The notes beneath the pieces are model-generated. The model had not been told where the DNA came from. It made no database searches and was given only the letters and a program-made list of their open reading frames with translations. A program made the position numbers and the translations under genes. A DNA stretch of 64,000 bases from a virus. Lineage: Duplodnaviria > Heunggongvirae > Uroviricota > Caudoviricetes. Location of the stretch: the IMG/VR virus record IMGVR_UViG_3300008108_000037, positions 68,002-132,001 of that record. One strand, given 5' to 3'. This document shows, in pieces, positions 46,154-55,017 of the stretch. Numbering within the stretch: the first letter of the stretch is position 1; each line of letters opens with the position of its first letter.

Positions 46154-49100
46154 ATGGCAAATTATAGAATTTTAGGACAAGAAACTGTTAACAATTCGGT
46201 AAGTCCGGGACCTACCCTTGTAACACTTTATACGGTTCCTCAAAATGCTTCCATTCTAATCAATGCAATAACCGGATATAATGAGGGATTTAATAGTGGA
46301 TATCTTACCGTTGCAGTAAAAAGGAACGGGGACGAGGACTATTCTCCAGATCAAATTGTTATAAATACTCCCTTAGCACCCGGTGCTTCAATACAAATTT
46401 CTCCTCAATTTTCTCCTGTTGGTTTAACTGCCGGCGACGTAATACTTTTAGTTGGTAATTATTCTCCTGCCCCTACAACAGTAGCGGTAACCTTATTCGG
46501 TGAAGACGGGGCTTCTAGCGGTGGATCCGGCAATGCAGGAACATCCGGAACTTCAGGAAACAGTGGGGGCTCAAGTACTTCAGGAAGTAATGGTACTAGC
46601 GGGACTTCGGGAACTAATGGATCTACAGGAACTGGTGGTACTAGTGGTACCTCTGGAATGAACGGATCTATCGGAACTAATGGTACGAGTGGAACCTCAG
46701 GTGAAACCTTCGGAACTAGTGGAACGTCAGGGGCAGCTGGTGCTCCTGGAGCAGCGGGATCTTCTGGAACATCTGGGGTTTCCGGAGCATCTGGTTCTTC
46801 TGGAACCTCTGGGGTTTCCGGAGCATCCGGTTCTTCCGGAACATCGGGAAATTCAGGTTCTTCTGGAACATCTGGGATTTCCGGGGCATCTGGTTCTTCC
46901 GGAACATCAGGAAATTCGGGATCCTCTGGTACATCAGGAAATTCGGGAACCTCTGGTACTTCGGGAGAATCTGGTTCTGCTGGTACATCCGGATCATCTG
47001 GAACATCAGGAAACTCCGGGTCATCCGGTACATCAGGAAACTCCGGGTCCTCCGGTACATCAGGAAATTCGGGAACCTCTGGTACTTCTGGGGAATCTGG
47101 CTCTTCTGGAACATCAGGATTCTCTGGGTCCTCCGGAACATCAGGAAACTCCGGGTCATCCGGTACATCAGGATCCTCTGGAGAACCCGGTTCTGCCGGA
47201 ACATCGGGATCCTCAGGTACATCTGGTACATCAGGAAACTCCGGGTCATCCGGTACATCAGGGTCATCCGGTACATCAGGGTCCTCTGGTACATCTGGTG
47301 CTGATGGTACATCCGGTTCTTCCGGAACCTCGGGAAACCCTGGATCATCAGGGACCTCTGGAACATCAGGAAACTCTGGATCATCGGGGACCTCCGGATC
47401 CGCTGGAACTTCTGGTTTAAGCGGAATATCTGCAGGACAGATTTATTATTTTAACCAATCTCAGTCTTCTGACATTTCTCCATATAAAGTCCTTAGTGTT
47501 TACCCATCAGGAGCTGCTGAACAAACAGTTCCTATGGTATTAACGGGCGGGCAATTGAATGTTCTGGTAAGTCAATTCCTGACCCCCGAATTGGGATTTG
47601 CTGTAATTCCACCAGGCACTCAGAGATTTCATCTGCATTTTTTAAAACAACAGTTTAATGATGACATAGATGGCTATGTTACCATAGAACTTGCAAATTC
47701 GTCAGGTGTAGGATATGGCACTATTATTCAATCAAACAAAGCTTTAATTGGATGGGTGAGTGTTTCTCAATCTTATGAGCTGTTGGTTGATATTGTTTTA
47801 CCTTCAGTATACATAAACACCACAGACAGAATGATTGTCAAGGTTTACGTTGACAATAATGAAGCAACCGTCAGAAATTTAACTTGGTACACAGAGGGGG
47901 CTCAAAACTATTCATATGTAATCACATCGGTTGGAGCAATTGTAGCAAGCTCTGGAACGTCAGGGAGTTCTGGAACTAGTGGATCAAGCGGAACTTCGGG
48001 ATCCGGGGGTTCATCAGGAACTAGCGGATCTAGTGGATCGGAGGGAACTTCAGGTAGCTCTGGTACTTCCGGCAGTTCTGGAACCTCTGGAGAAGATGGA
48101 ACTTCAGGTAGCTCTGGTACTTCCGGCAGTTCTGGAACCTCTGGAGAAGATGGAACTTCGGGATCTGGGGGTTCATCAGGAACTAGCGGATCTAGTGGAT
48201 CGGAGGGAACTTCAGGTAGCTCTGGTACTTCGGGAACCTCTGGAGAAGATGGAACTTCAGGTAGCTCTGGTACTTCGGGAACCTCTGGAGAAGATGGAAC
48301 TAGTGGATCTTCAGGTACATCAGGAACCTCGGGGGTGTGCGAGTGTCCACACAGCTACACTATCACGGCTCCAACGGATATCACGTGTTACTCTTTAACA
48401 AATGACGGAGATCCCGACAACGTAAATAGTACAAACTATCTCGATTGTAACGGGAATCCTGCGGTCATTTACAATAAAATTTTTCTCACACCAGCTACTT
48501 ATTTCTGTGCTCAGACCGGATCTGTTACAACTGATTCGGGGCTCACTGTAATATCAGTACCTGATGATCCTGGATCTTGCGACGGATGTTGCGATGGATA
48601 TGCTTATTCTTATACCGACGAAACAGATACTATCATAAGTGGAATCATATATGACGGAGAATCTCTAACTTTCTGTGCGATCCCAGGATCTGTAGTTTGG
48701 TCCCATACAATAGTAGACAATGGGCATTGTGTAGGAAGTTCAGGTACTTCCGGCAGTTCTGGTTCGAATGGTACGTCAGGTAGCTCTGGTACTTCCGGCA
48801 GTTCTGGTTCGAATGGTACGTCAGGTAGCTCTGGTACTTCCGGCAGTTCTGGATCTTCTGGGACATCAGGAACTGATGGTTCCTCCGGTAGTACAGGTAC
48901 TTCTGGTTCTTCCGGCAGTTCTGGATCTTCTGGGACATCAGGAACTGATGGTTCCTCCGGTAGTACAGGTACTTCTGGATCCTCAGGGTCATCTGGAACT
49001 TCCGGAACTGATGGATCTTCAGGTACATCAGGTAACTCTGGTTCTTCTGGAACCTCAGGATCAGCAGGTACATCAGGAAATGAGGGTCCCCCTGGATCTT

Positions 49101-50857
49101 CGGGAACGTCAGGAATTGATGGAACCAACGGATCGACAGGTTCTTCTGGAACCTCAGGAAACTCTGGTTCTTCAGGTACTTCAGGTACTTCAGGTAGTTC
49201 TGGTTCAACTGGTACTTCAGGTACTTCAGGTAGTTCTGGTTCAACTGGTACTTCAGGTAGTTCTGGTTCTTCTGGAACCTCTGGTTCTTCTGGTTCAACT
49301 GGTACTTCAGGTACTTCCGGTAGTTCTGGTTCAACTGGTACTTCAGGTAGTTCTGGTTCTTCTGGAACCTCAGGAAACTCTGGATCTTCTGGAACCTCTG
49401 GAGCATCAGGATCTTCTGGAACCTCAGGAAACTCTGGTTCTTCTGGAACCTCTGGAGCATCAGGTAGTTCTGGTTCTTCTGGAACCTCTGGAGCATCAGG
49501 ATCTTCTGGAACCTCAGGAAACTCTGGATCTTCTGGAACCTCAGGAAACTCTGGATCTTCTGGAACCTCTGGAGCATCAGGATCTTCTGGAACCTCAGGA
49601 AACTCTGGATCTTCTGGAACCTCTGGAGCATCAGGATCTTCTGGAACCTCTGGAGCATCGGGAGCTAATGGATCTTCTGGAACCTCTGGAGCATCAGGAT
49701 CTTCTGGAACCTCTGGAGCATCAGGAGCTAATGGATCTTCTGGAACCTCTGGAGCATCAGGAGCTAATGGATCTTCTGGAACCTCAGGAAACTCTGGTTC
49801 TTCTGGAACCTCTGGAGCATCAGGAGCTAATGGATCTTCTGGAACCTCAGGATCTTCTGGAACCCGAGGTTCCTCAGGAACTTCAGGAGCTTCCGGTGGA
49901 AACGGAACATCCGGAACTTCAGGAGCTTCCGGGGGAAGCGGAACATCCGGAACTTCGGGAGCTTCTAGTTCAGCAATATCTAGTAATAACATCGACAACT
50001 ATGTTGTTACCATGACTGGAAACAATTCCACGCCTTTCCAAGGGGAGCCTAACTTAACATTCGATAATACGAGACTTTTTGTAACTGGGAAAGTAAGGGT
50101 TTATCAAAATCCATTAAGCATAAGTTCAGGAAGTCTTTCTTGGCCTTTAAGATCTGGAGCAAATGCAACAGTTACTTTAAATCAAAATGTAACTACGTTT
50201 ACACTTAGCGAATTTGAAGCTGGAGATACTGGGGTATTAATAGTAAAACAAGATGCTACTGGAGGTAGAACAATGGTACTTCCCTCTAGTTCACAAGTAG
50301 TTGGAGGAGGATCTTATACCCCAACATCCGCTGCAAACTCACAAGACGTTCTTGGAGTTTACTACGACGGAACAACATATTTCTGGACCATTGGGCTCGC
50401 TAGTGTTACAGGTAACTTACTTACAATAAACAATAATGCAGATCACAGAATATTGACTGCAACTGGTAGTGCTACTTCGATAGACGGAGAAACAGGATTG
50501 ACTTATAACAGCAGTACATTAGCAGTAACTGGAGCAATCACAGCAACAGGAGATATCACTGCTTATTCATCTTCGGATGAAAGATTAAAGGATAATATTT
50601 CGGTTATTCAGGATGCTTTGGAAAAGGTCTCTAGCATAAGAGGAGTGGAATTTGATTGGAACGACAAGGCTCATGAAGTTAATAGAGGTCACGATCTTGG
50701 AGTAATTGCTCAAGAGCTGATTAAAGTTCTTCCTGATGCAGTTAAAGAAAGAGAAGATGGATATTATGGGGTAAGATATGACAGAATTATACCTCTTCTC
50801 ATAGAGGCTATAAAAGACTTAAGAAAAGAAATAGAAGAACTTAAAAGAGAAAAATAA
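46154..50857 (+). CDS. collagen-like tail fibre protein with C-terminal S74 intramolecular chaperone (endosialidase-chaperone) autoprocessing domain
   Basis: Hundreds of Gly-X-Y triplets dominated by GTSGSSGTSGNSG, in three blocks separated by globular inserts (one Cys-rich: VCECPHSY...CDGCCDGY); C-terminus SSSDERLKDNISVIQDALEKVSSIRGVEFDWND...HDLGVIAQELIKVLPDAV...YYGVRYDRIIPLLIEAIKDLRKEIEELKREK matches the phage tail-fibre IMC/peptidase S74 domain. Confidence 0.75.
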   Translation: MANYRILGQETVNNSVSPGPTLVTLYTVPQNASILINAITGYNEGFNSGYLTVAVKRNGDEDYSPDQIVINTPLAPGASIQISPQFSPVGLTAGDVILLVGNYSPAPTTVAVTLFGEDGASSGGSGNAGTSGTSGNSGGSSTSGSNGTSGTSGTNGSTGTGGTSGTSGMNGSIGTNGTSGTSGETFGTSGTSGAAGAPGAAGSSGTSGVSGASGSSGTSGVSGASGSSGTSGNSGSSGTSGISGASGSSGTSGNSGSSGTSGNSGTSGTSGESGSAGTSGSSGTSGNSGSSGTSGNSGSSGTSGNSGTSGTSGESGSSGTSGFSGSSGTSGNSGSSGTSGSSGEPGSAGTSGSSGTSGTSGNSGSSGTSGSSGTSGSSGTSGADGTSGSSGTSGNPGSSGTSGTSGNSGSSGTSGSAGTSGLSGISAGQIYYFNQSQSSDISPYKVLSVYPSGAAEQTVPMVLTGGQLNVLVSQFLTPELGFAVIPPGTQRFHLHFLKQQFNDDIDGYVTIELANSSGVGYGTIIQSNKALIGWVSVSQSYELLVDIVLPSVYINTTDRMIVKVYVDNNEATVRNLTWYTEGAQNYSYVITSVGAIVASSGTSGSSGTSGSSGTSGSGGSSGTSGSSGSEGTSGSSGTSGSSGTSGEDGTSGSSGTSGSSGTSGEDGTSGSGGSSGTSGSSGSEGTSGSSGTSGTSGEDGTSGSSGTSGTSGEDGTSGSSGTSGTSGVCECPHSYTITAPTDITCYSLTNDGDPDNVNSTNYLDCNGNPAVIYNKIFLTPATYFCAQTGSVTTDSGLTVISVPDDPGSCDGCCDGYAYSYTDETDTIISGIIYDGESLTFCAIPGSVVWSHTIVDNGHCVGSSGTSGSSGSNGTSGSSGTSGSSGSNGTSGSSGTSGSSGSSGTSGTDGSSGSTGTSGSSGSSGSSGTSGTDGSSGSTGTSGSSGSSGTSGTDGSSGTSGNSGSSGTSGSAGTSGNEGPPGSSGTSGIDGTNGSTGSSGTSGNSGSSGTSGTSGSSGSTGTSGTSGSSGSTGTSGSSGSSGTSGSSGSTGTSGTSGSSGSTGTSGSSGSSGTSGNSGSSGTSGASGSSGTSGNSGSSGTSGASGSSGSSGTSGASGSSGTSGNSGSSGTSGNSGSSGTSGASGSSGTSGNSGSSGTSGASGSSGTSGASGANGSSGTSGASGSSGTSGASGANGSSGTSGASGANGSSGTSGNSGSSGTSGASGANGSSGTSGSSGTRGSSGTSGASGGNGTSGTSGASGGSGTSGTSGASSSAISSNNIDNYVVTMTGNNSTPFQGEPNLTFDNTRLFVTGKVRVYQNPLSISSGSLSWPLRSGANATVTLNQNVTTFTLSEFEAGDTGVLIVKQDATGGRTMVLPSSSQVVGGGSYTPTSAANSQDVLGVYYDGTTYFWTIGLASVTGNLLTINNNADHRILTATGSATSIDGETGLTYNSSTLAVTGAITATGDITAYSSSDERLKDNISVIQDALEKVSSIRGVEFDWNDKAHEVNRGHDLGVIAQELIKVLPDAVKEREDGYYGVRYDRIIPLLIEAIKDLRKEIEELKREK

Positions 50858-51210
50858 TGACACATTTAGAGCCAGTAATAGTTCAAAATGAAATACCTCC
50901 ATACTTTGATATTTACTTTGAAAACACCCTTCCAGAAGGTGAGGATGAATTTTCTTTTTCTTTTGGACCCCAACCGGGATACGATACTTGGGAGATAGAA
51001 TTCGCTGAAGGATCAACTGATTGGGAGGTTAAACCTGATGGCTGGGTACAGATTGAAATAGGATGGGGTCAAGAAACATATTTAACCCCTTTCCATCATT
51101 TGAACCAAATAATACATTTAGAATTTAATAGAATCCATGTGATGAAACCCGGAACTCTAAAAACATTAAAATTAAGAGGTAGAAGAATAGCATTGAAAGA
51201 TAAATCATGA
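50857..51210 (+). CDS. hypothetical protein (possible fibre-associated)
   Basis: 117-aa ORF, 1-nt stop/start overlap with tail fibre gene. Confidence 0.3.
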   Translation: MTHLEPVIVQNEIPPYFDIYFENTLPEGEDEFSFSFGPQPGYDTWEIEFAEGSTDWEVKPDGWVQIEIGWGQETYLTPFHHLNQIIHLEFNRIHVMKPGTLKTLKLRGRRIALKDKS

Positions 51211-51911
51211 GCCAGAGATATTACATGACCAGCTTAGGAAGAAGGCCTACTGGACCATCTACTGCTATCATCGGTAGTGATGCCGATGTTCTGATGTTCA
51301 GATATGTTTGGCCAGGAACTTTGAATGGAGGTGATGCTGATACATTCACTGGCATTGAACCAGGAACTGGTACATCCTATGATGGTATAAAAAATGCTAG
51401 CGGGGCACCAACCCGTTATGTTGGATATGCTCCAGGGGGAGGAATGACATCTACTGTGGGCTCGACGACAGGCATAAATACCTCAACAACACTCATTTAT
51501 TGGGCTGGTGATAATACCTCAACTGCTGGACAGGAAGTTGTTTTAGTTAGACCCAAATCAATAGCTGCATTAGACACCTCTATAACAAGATGGAAAATCG
51601 GAATATATCTCAATTGGTATGATACAGTAGGGGTTGGGTGTATGGACTTTATAATCAGGTGCTACAGTGGTTCAACTTTCTCGGATACCGGTACAGACAT
51701 CAGTGCATCAGGGGGAACGCTTTTAAGAACTTACCTGTTTAATGCTAATACAAACAACCAAAATAATCCCTCTGGGACTGGATACCCATCGAATGGTATC
51801 AATGGATATGCTCAAATCGGTATTTTTGAATTTTTTTCCAGTGGAGATGGGTTTTTTAGATATAATCTAACCTCTATCGGGAGCTGCAGTACTGAGAATG
51901 ATATGGCTTAA
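51207..51911 (+). CDS. Gly/Thr/Ser-rich hypothetical protein (possible receptor-binding/fibre component)
   Basis: 234-aa ORF with locally higher GC and G/T/S-rich composition; 4-nt overlap with upstream ORF. Confidence 0.3.
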   Translation: MSQRYYMTSLGRRPTGPSTAIIGSDADVLMFRYVWPGTLNGGDADTFTGIEPGTGTSYDGIKNASGAPTRYVGYAPGGGMTSTVGSTTGINTSTTLIYWAGDNTSTAGQEVVLVRPKSIAALDTSITRWKIGIYLNWYDTVGVGCMDFIIRCYSGSTFSDTGTDISASGGTLLRTYLFNANTNNQNNPSGTGYPSNGINGYAQIGIFEFFSSGDGFFRYNLTSIGSCSTENDMA

Positions 51912-52096
51912 TTTTTTTGTAACTTTTTTGTATATTTGTATAAAATAGATATTCAAACGATATATAGATCAATTAACATGAAAAAAGGTTTCAACATATT
52001 GCCCCTTCATAGTTCGTTATCATCTTCAACAAGAAGACCGATAACCCCTGTGGAGAATCTGGGCAATTAAGAAACTTAAATTCATTTTAGTTCTAA

Positions 52097-52135
52097 AAAA
52101 CCCAGATCTCCTTCAAAAGAGGTCTGGGTTTTTAT
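52097..52135 (+). terminator. intrinsic terminator hairpin (copy 1) AAAACCCAGATCTCC...GGAGGTCTGGGTTTTTATTT
   Basis: GC-rich inverted repeat followed by T-run, immediately upstream of tRNA array 1; near-identical to 58861-58894. Confidence 0.4.
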
Positions 52136-52165
52136 TTAGGGTTCTTTGACATTGTGGAAAATAAC

Positions 52166-52252
52166 GGAGGCTTGGCAGAGCGGTCGAATGCGGCAGTCTT
52201 GAAAACTGCTTTACGGGTAACTGTAACCGGGGTTCGAATCCCTGAGCCTCCG
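52166..52252 (+). tRNA. tRNA-Ser (TGA), type II
   Basis: Acceptor GGAGGCT/AGCCTCC, anticodon loop CTTGAAA, long variable arm, T-loop GGTTCGAATCC. Confidence 0.8.
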
Positions 52253-52257
52253 CAATT

Positions 52258-52320
52258 GCCTCCTTAGCTCAGCTGGTAGAGCGACGCACTTGTAATGCGT
52301 AGGTCATTGGTTCGATCCCG
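52258..52320 (+). tRNA. tRNA-Thr (TGT)
   Basis: GCCTCCT TA GCTCAGCTGGTAGAGC G ACGCA CTTGTAA TGCGT ... AGGAGGC. Confidence 0.8.
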
Positions 52321-52401
52321 ATAGGAGGCTCGATACTAACGTAAAACTTGTACACTAACATAATCCTTGTTAGCGTACAAAAAGTTCGTTAGCAGTCAAA
52401 T

Positions 52402-52488
52402 AGAGAGGTGTCCGAGAGGCTGATGGAGCACGCTTGGAAAGCGTGTTTACGAGCGATCGTAACAAGGGTTCGAATCCCTTTCTCTCTG
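52402..52488 (+). tRNA. tRNA-Ser (GGA), type II
   Basis: Anticodon arm CACGC TTGGAAA GCGTG, long variable arm, T-loop GGTTCGAATCC. Confidence 0.7.
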
Positions 52489-52494
52489 CACATG

Positions 52495-52600
52495 CCGGTG
52501 TGGCGGAATGATGACTTGGCCAGTCATAGACGTCCCTGATCTAGAGTGGGGGTGTAACCGAAAAGGACACCGTGAAGGTAAACAACCCTTCCACCGGCAC
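52495..52600 (+). ncRNA. unusual ~105-nt tRNA-like element flanked by a perfect 7-bp acceptor-like pairing (GCCGGTG...CACCGGC)
   Basis: Sits 6 nt after tRNA-Ser and 5 nt before tRNA-Leu with the same spacing as bona fide tRNAs; no canonical cloverleaf could be folded by eye (internal hairpin ATGAC-TTGGCCA-GTCAT). Confidence 0.3.
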
Positions 52601-52605
52601 CTTTT

Positions 52606-52691
52606 GCCTGGGTGTTGGAATAGGTAGACAAGACAGACTTAAAATCTGTTGGACTGCAAAGTCCGTGCGGGTTCGATTCCCGCCCCAGGTA
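52606..52691 (+). tRNA. tRNA-Leu (TAA), type II
   Basis: Acceptor GCCTGGG/CCCAGGT, anticodon arm ACAGA CTTAAAA TCTGT, variable arm GGACTGCAAAGTCC, T-loop GGTTCGATTCC. Confidence 0.8.
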
Positions 52692-52788
52692 CAAACCAAA
52701 AACAGCGTCGAGCCACATTTTGCGTCGTTCTTGGTCTAGATCTTCTCAACGGGAGAGGTGGCCGCGACCCCGAGGAGATCACCAAATT

Positions 52789-52862
<74 letters not shown>

Positions 52863-52871
52863 CATTAAAAT

Positions 52872-52945
52872 GTTGGATGTAGCTCAGTTGGCAGAGCACT
52901 AGCTTGTGGCGCTAGATGTCGCCGGTTCGATCCCGGTCGTTCAAC
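52872..52945 (+). tRNA. tRNA-His (GTG) with encoded G-1
   Basis: G-1 then TTGGATG TA GCTCAGTTGGCAGAGC A CTAGC TTGTGGC GCTAG ... CGTTCAA C; G-1 opposite discriminator C73. Confidence 0.75.
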
Positions 52946-52951
52946 CATTAT

Positions 52952-53028
52952 CGAGTAGTTCGGGAGTCAGGTTACCCGGCTTGGTTTGGGACCAAGACAA
53001 CTCGCAAGTTCGAATCTTGCCTACTCGA
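52952..53028 (+). tRNA. tRNA-Pro (TGG)
   Basis: Acceptor CGAGTAG/CTACTCG, anticodon arm CTTGG TTTGGGA CCAAG, T-arm GCAAG TTCGAAT CTTGC. Confidence 0.75.
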
Positions 53029-53033
53029 CAAAA

Positions 53034-53125
53034 AGGAGAGGTGCCTGAGTGGCCGAAAGGGCCGGTTTGCTAAACCGTTGTACGGACTTAAATCTGTACC
53101 GAGGGTTCGAATCCCTCCCTCTCCG
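53034..53125 (+). tRNA. tRNA-Ser (GCT), type II
   Basis: Acceptor GGAGAGG/CCTCTCC, D-arm with GTGG, anticodon loop TTGCTAA, long variable arm, T-arm GAGGG TTCGAAT CCCTC. Confidence 0.75.
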
Positions 53126-53185
53126 CGTAGATTCTAAGCTAATTTTCTTTCCAGTAGGATATATAAATGGACATAAAAATAGGAA

Positions 53186-53881
53186 ATGGAAATTATCACT
53201 AGATTTTTAGACTTCGTTAACGAGTCCATGATTTTAGAGTATCGCCCCAAGTCAGAACAAACCGGGGCTTACTCTATTTTTAAAATCACATTCTCCAATG
53301 GAGAAACACATTATGGACAACTAAGGGGTATTATCGACCCCGATGTTTATCTTAATACACTAAGATCCGGAGCTAAAAACGCAGCATCAAAAACGAGGTT
53401 GCAAGAAAGAATTCTTTTCGAAGAGCCAAATCCAGACACAGAACTAGTCTTTTTTTCAAAAGACGAGGGTGAGGTTGTTGAAAAAATGAAAGATCTAGTT
53501 AAGAATGATCCTGACAGCATAAATACCCTGAATATGATAGGGTTAAAAAGAAGACTCGGTGTCAAGAATAAAACCATTTCAGTTCCGATTGATAAAACAT
53601 ATCTTTCTTCCGATGATCAAATTTTCATAGAAATGGATTATGCTATGAACGATCCGGAATTAAAATTAAGAGTTGATCTAGGAAAGACAGCATATAATCC
53701 AATAAACAGGAAAAAGTATGTTAAATCGAAAAACAAGAATTATATTAAACTAATTTCATTGGAAAAACCCACAGAATTTTCTGGCGAAACTGACTATCCC
53801 TATAAAGAATTAATACCCACAGAGGAAATGACAGCGGATTATATCAAGCAGTACTTTGGATTGGGTAAATACTCGAGATAA
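53186..53881 (+). CDS. hypothetical protein
   Basis: 231-aa ORF between tRNA arrays. Confidence 0.35.
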   Translation: MEIITRFLDFVNESMILEYRPKSEQTGAYSIFKITFSNGETHYGQLRGIIDPDVYLNTLRSGAKNAASKTRLQERILFEEPNPDTELVFFSKDEGEVVEKMKDLVKNDPDSINTLNMIGLKRRLGVKNKTISVPIDKTYLSSDDQIFIEMDYAMNDPELKLRVDLGKTAYNPINRKKYVKSKNKNYIKLISLEKPTEFSGETDYPYKELIPTEEMTADYIKQYFGLGKYSR

Positions 53882-53921
53882 GTCCCTTAAATCACGCAAC
53901 TTCTTAAAATTTAATAATATT

Positions 53922-53995
53922 GGACCTGTAGCTCAGTTGGTTAGAGCACCTGACTCATAATCAGTAGGTCCCTGGTTCGAGCCCAGGCTGGTCCA
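53922..53995 (+). tRNA. tRNA with CAT anticodon (elongator Met or lysidine-Ile)
   Basis: GGACCTG TA GCTCAGTTGGTTAGAGC A CCTGA CTCATAA TCAGT ... CCTGG TTCGAGC CCAGG CTGGTCC A. Confidence 0.75.
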
Positions 53996-54003
53996 CGATA
54001 TTT

Positions 54004-54942
54004 TTGTTATGTATGAAAACTATTTGGGTTTTAGAGGACATAAAAAAAGATGGAGAATTTTTCCTTCATGAGGTTGAGCTCGTTTGTCTGATTGCATCAG
54101 TTTCGAATTGGAAGGTGTTATATCCGGAATGTGAAACTGTAATTTATGTGTGTCCCTCAGTTTACAATTATCTAGAAAAAATTGGAATTTTAAATTTATG
54201 GGACAGTGTAGAAACTAATCCTTTATCAAAAAGTGATAATATTAATAGAAGAGCTTTCTGGACTGCTTCCAAGCTGAAGTGTATGAAAAACATAGAAGCT
54301 CCTTTCATAATGATGGATTGTGATTTATATTTCAAAAGAAAAACATTTGAAATCAAGGACTTATCCAAATACGATATAATAGTTAATCAGATCGAAGAAG
54401 GAGTAAAGGTTTATCCCAGCATCAAAGACAAAATACTAAATCAGATAGTAAATGAATATCCGATTAAATTCGGATGGAAAAACACACATTCAACCAACGT
54501 TTCATTCCTTTATATAAATAATGAAGATTTTAGAATGGAATATGCTAACATCTCATTGGAATGGATGGAAATCCTTTCGCAAAGATTTTGGGACGATCCT
54601 GATTTGAACGGAAAATATATGGTTTTTTGTGAACAGAAGATTTTAAAAGAGCTTGGGGATTTAAGAGTTCAAAAGATAGCAGCTCTTTCTCCACAATTCT
54701 TTTTCGGAGAAGAAAATACAATTCTGAATATCCCTGATGAATATGGAACTTTTTCAATGAATGACAGTCTAGATTATTCTCATCTCCATGCGAATAAAAG
54801 ATTTGTTCTCAAGGACAGGAGTCTTTTTTTAGATATAAGAAGCGATATTATAGAATCCATGGTAAATCTAAATAGTTTTACTATGAAACTTTTGCATCAG
54901 ATATTACTTAAAAATAAAGAAATAATTGGCCCAGTGGCGTAA
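54004..54942 (+). CDS. hypothetical protein
   Basis: 312-aa ORF; its stop codon (54940-54942) lies inside the D-loop of the following tRNA-Leu. Confidence 0.35.
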   Translation: MLCMKTIWVLEDIKKDGEFFLHEVELVCLIASVSNWKVLYPECETVIYVCPSVYNYLEKIGILNLWDSVETNPLSKSDNINRRAFWTASKLKCMKNIEAPFIMMDCDLYFKRKTFEIKDLSKYDIIVNQIEEGVKVYPSIKDKILNQIVNEYPIKFGWKNTHSTNVSFLYINNEDFRMEYANISLEWMEILSQRFWDDPDLNGKYMVFCEQKILKELGDLRVQKIAALSPQFFFGEENTILNIPDEYGTFSMNDSLDYSHLHANKRFVLKDRSLFLDIRSDIIESMVNLNSFTMKLLHQILLKNKEIIGPVA

Positions 54943-55009
54943 TTGGTAGCCGCACTAGACTTAGGATCTAGTGTCGAAAGACGTGGGGGTTCGAGTCCCT
55001 CCTGGGTCA
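54928..55009 (+). tRNA. tRNA-Leu (TAG), type II
   Basis: Acceptor GGCCCAG/CTGGGTC, anticodon arm CTAGA CTTAGGA TCTAG, variable arm TGTCGAAAGACGT, T-loop GGTTCGAGTCC. Confidence 0.75.
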
Positions 55010-55017
55010 CACAGAAA

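Noticed and set aside
46680-50015. Long ORFs in alternative frames and on the opposite strand across the collagen-like repeats (46680-47420 +, 46716-47384 -, 47979-48398 +, 48610-49998 -, 48645-49658 -, 48768-50015 +)
   Set aside because: They lie entirely inside the 1567-aa fibre gene. Their low-complexity products (PEVPEDPE..., LQRFQKI..., LVLPAVL...) are frame artefacts of the GGNTCNGGNACNTCN repeat DNA. The fibre frame alone has a coherent N-terminal domain and S74 C-terminus.
52145-52165. TTGACA hexamer upstream of tRNA array 1 as a sigma70-type promoter
   Set aside because: No convincing -10 element at proper spacing. A Bacteroidota host would in any case use TAnnTTTG/-33 TTG promoters. 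Not called.
54943-55017. ORF-track N-terminus MVAALDLGSSVERRGGSSPSWVTQK of the 54943-55635 ORF
   Set aside because: This segment is the tRNA-Leu(TAG) gene. The CDS start was moved to ATG 55018.
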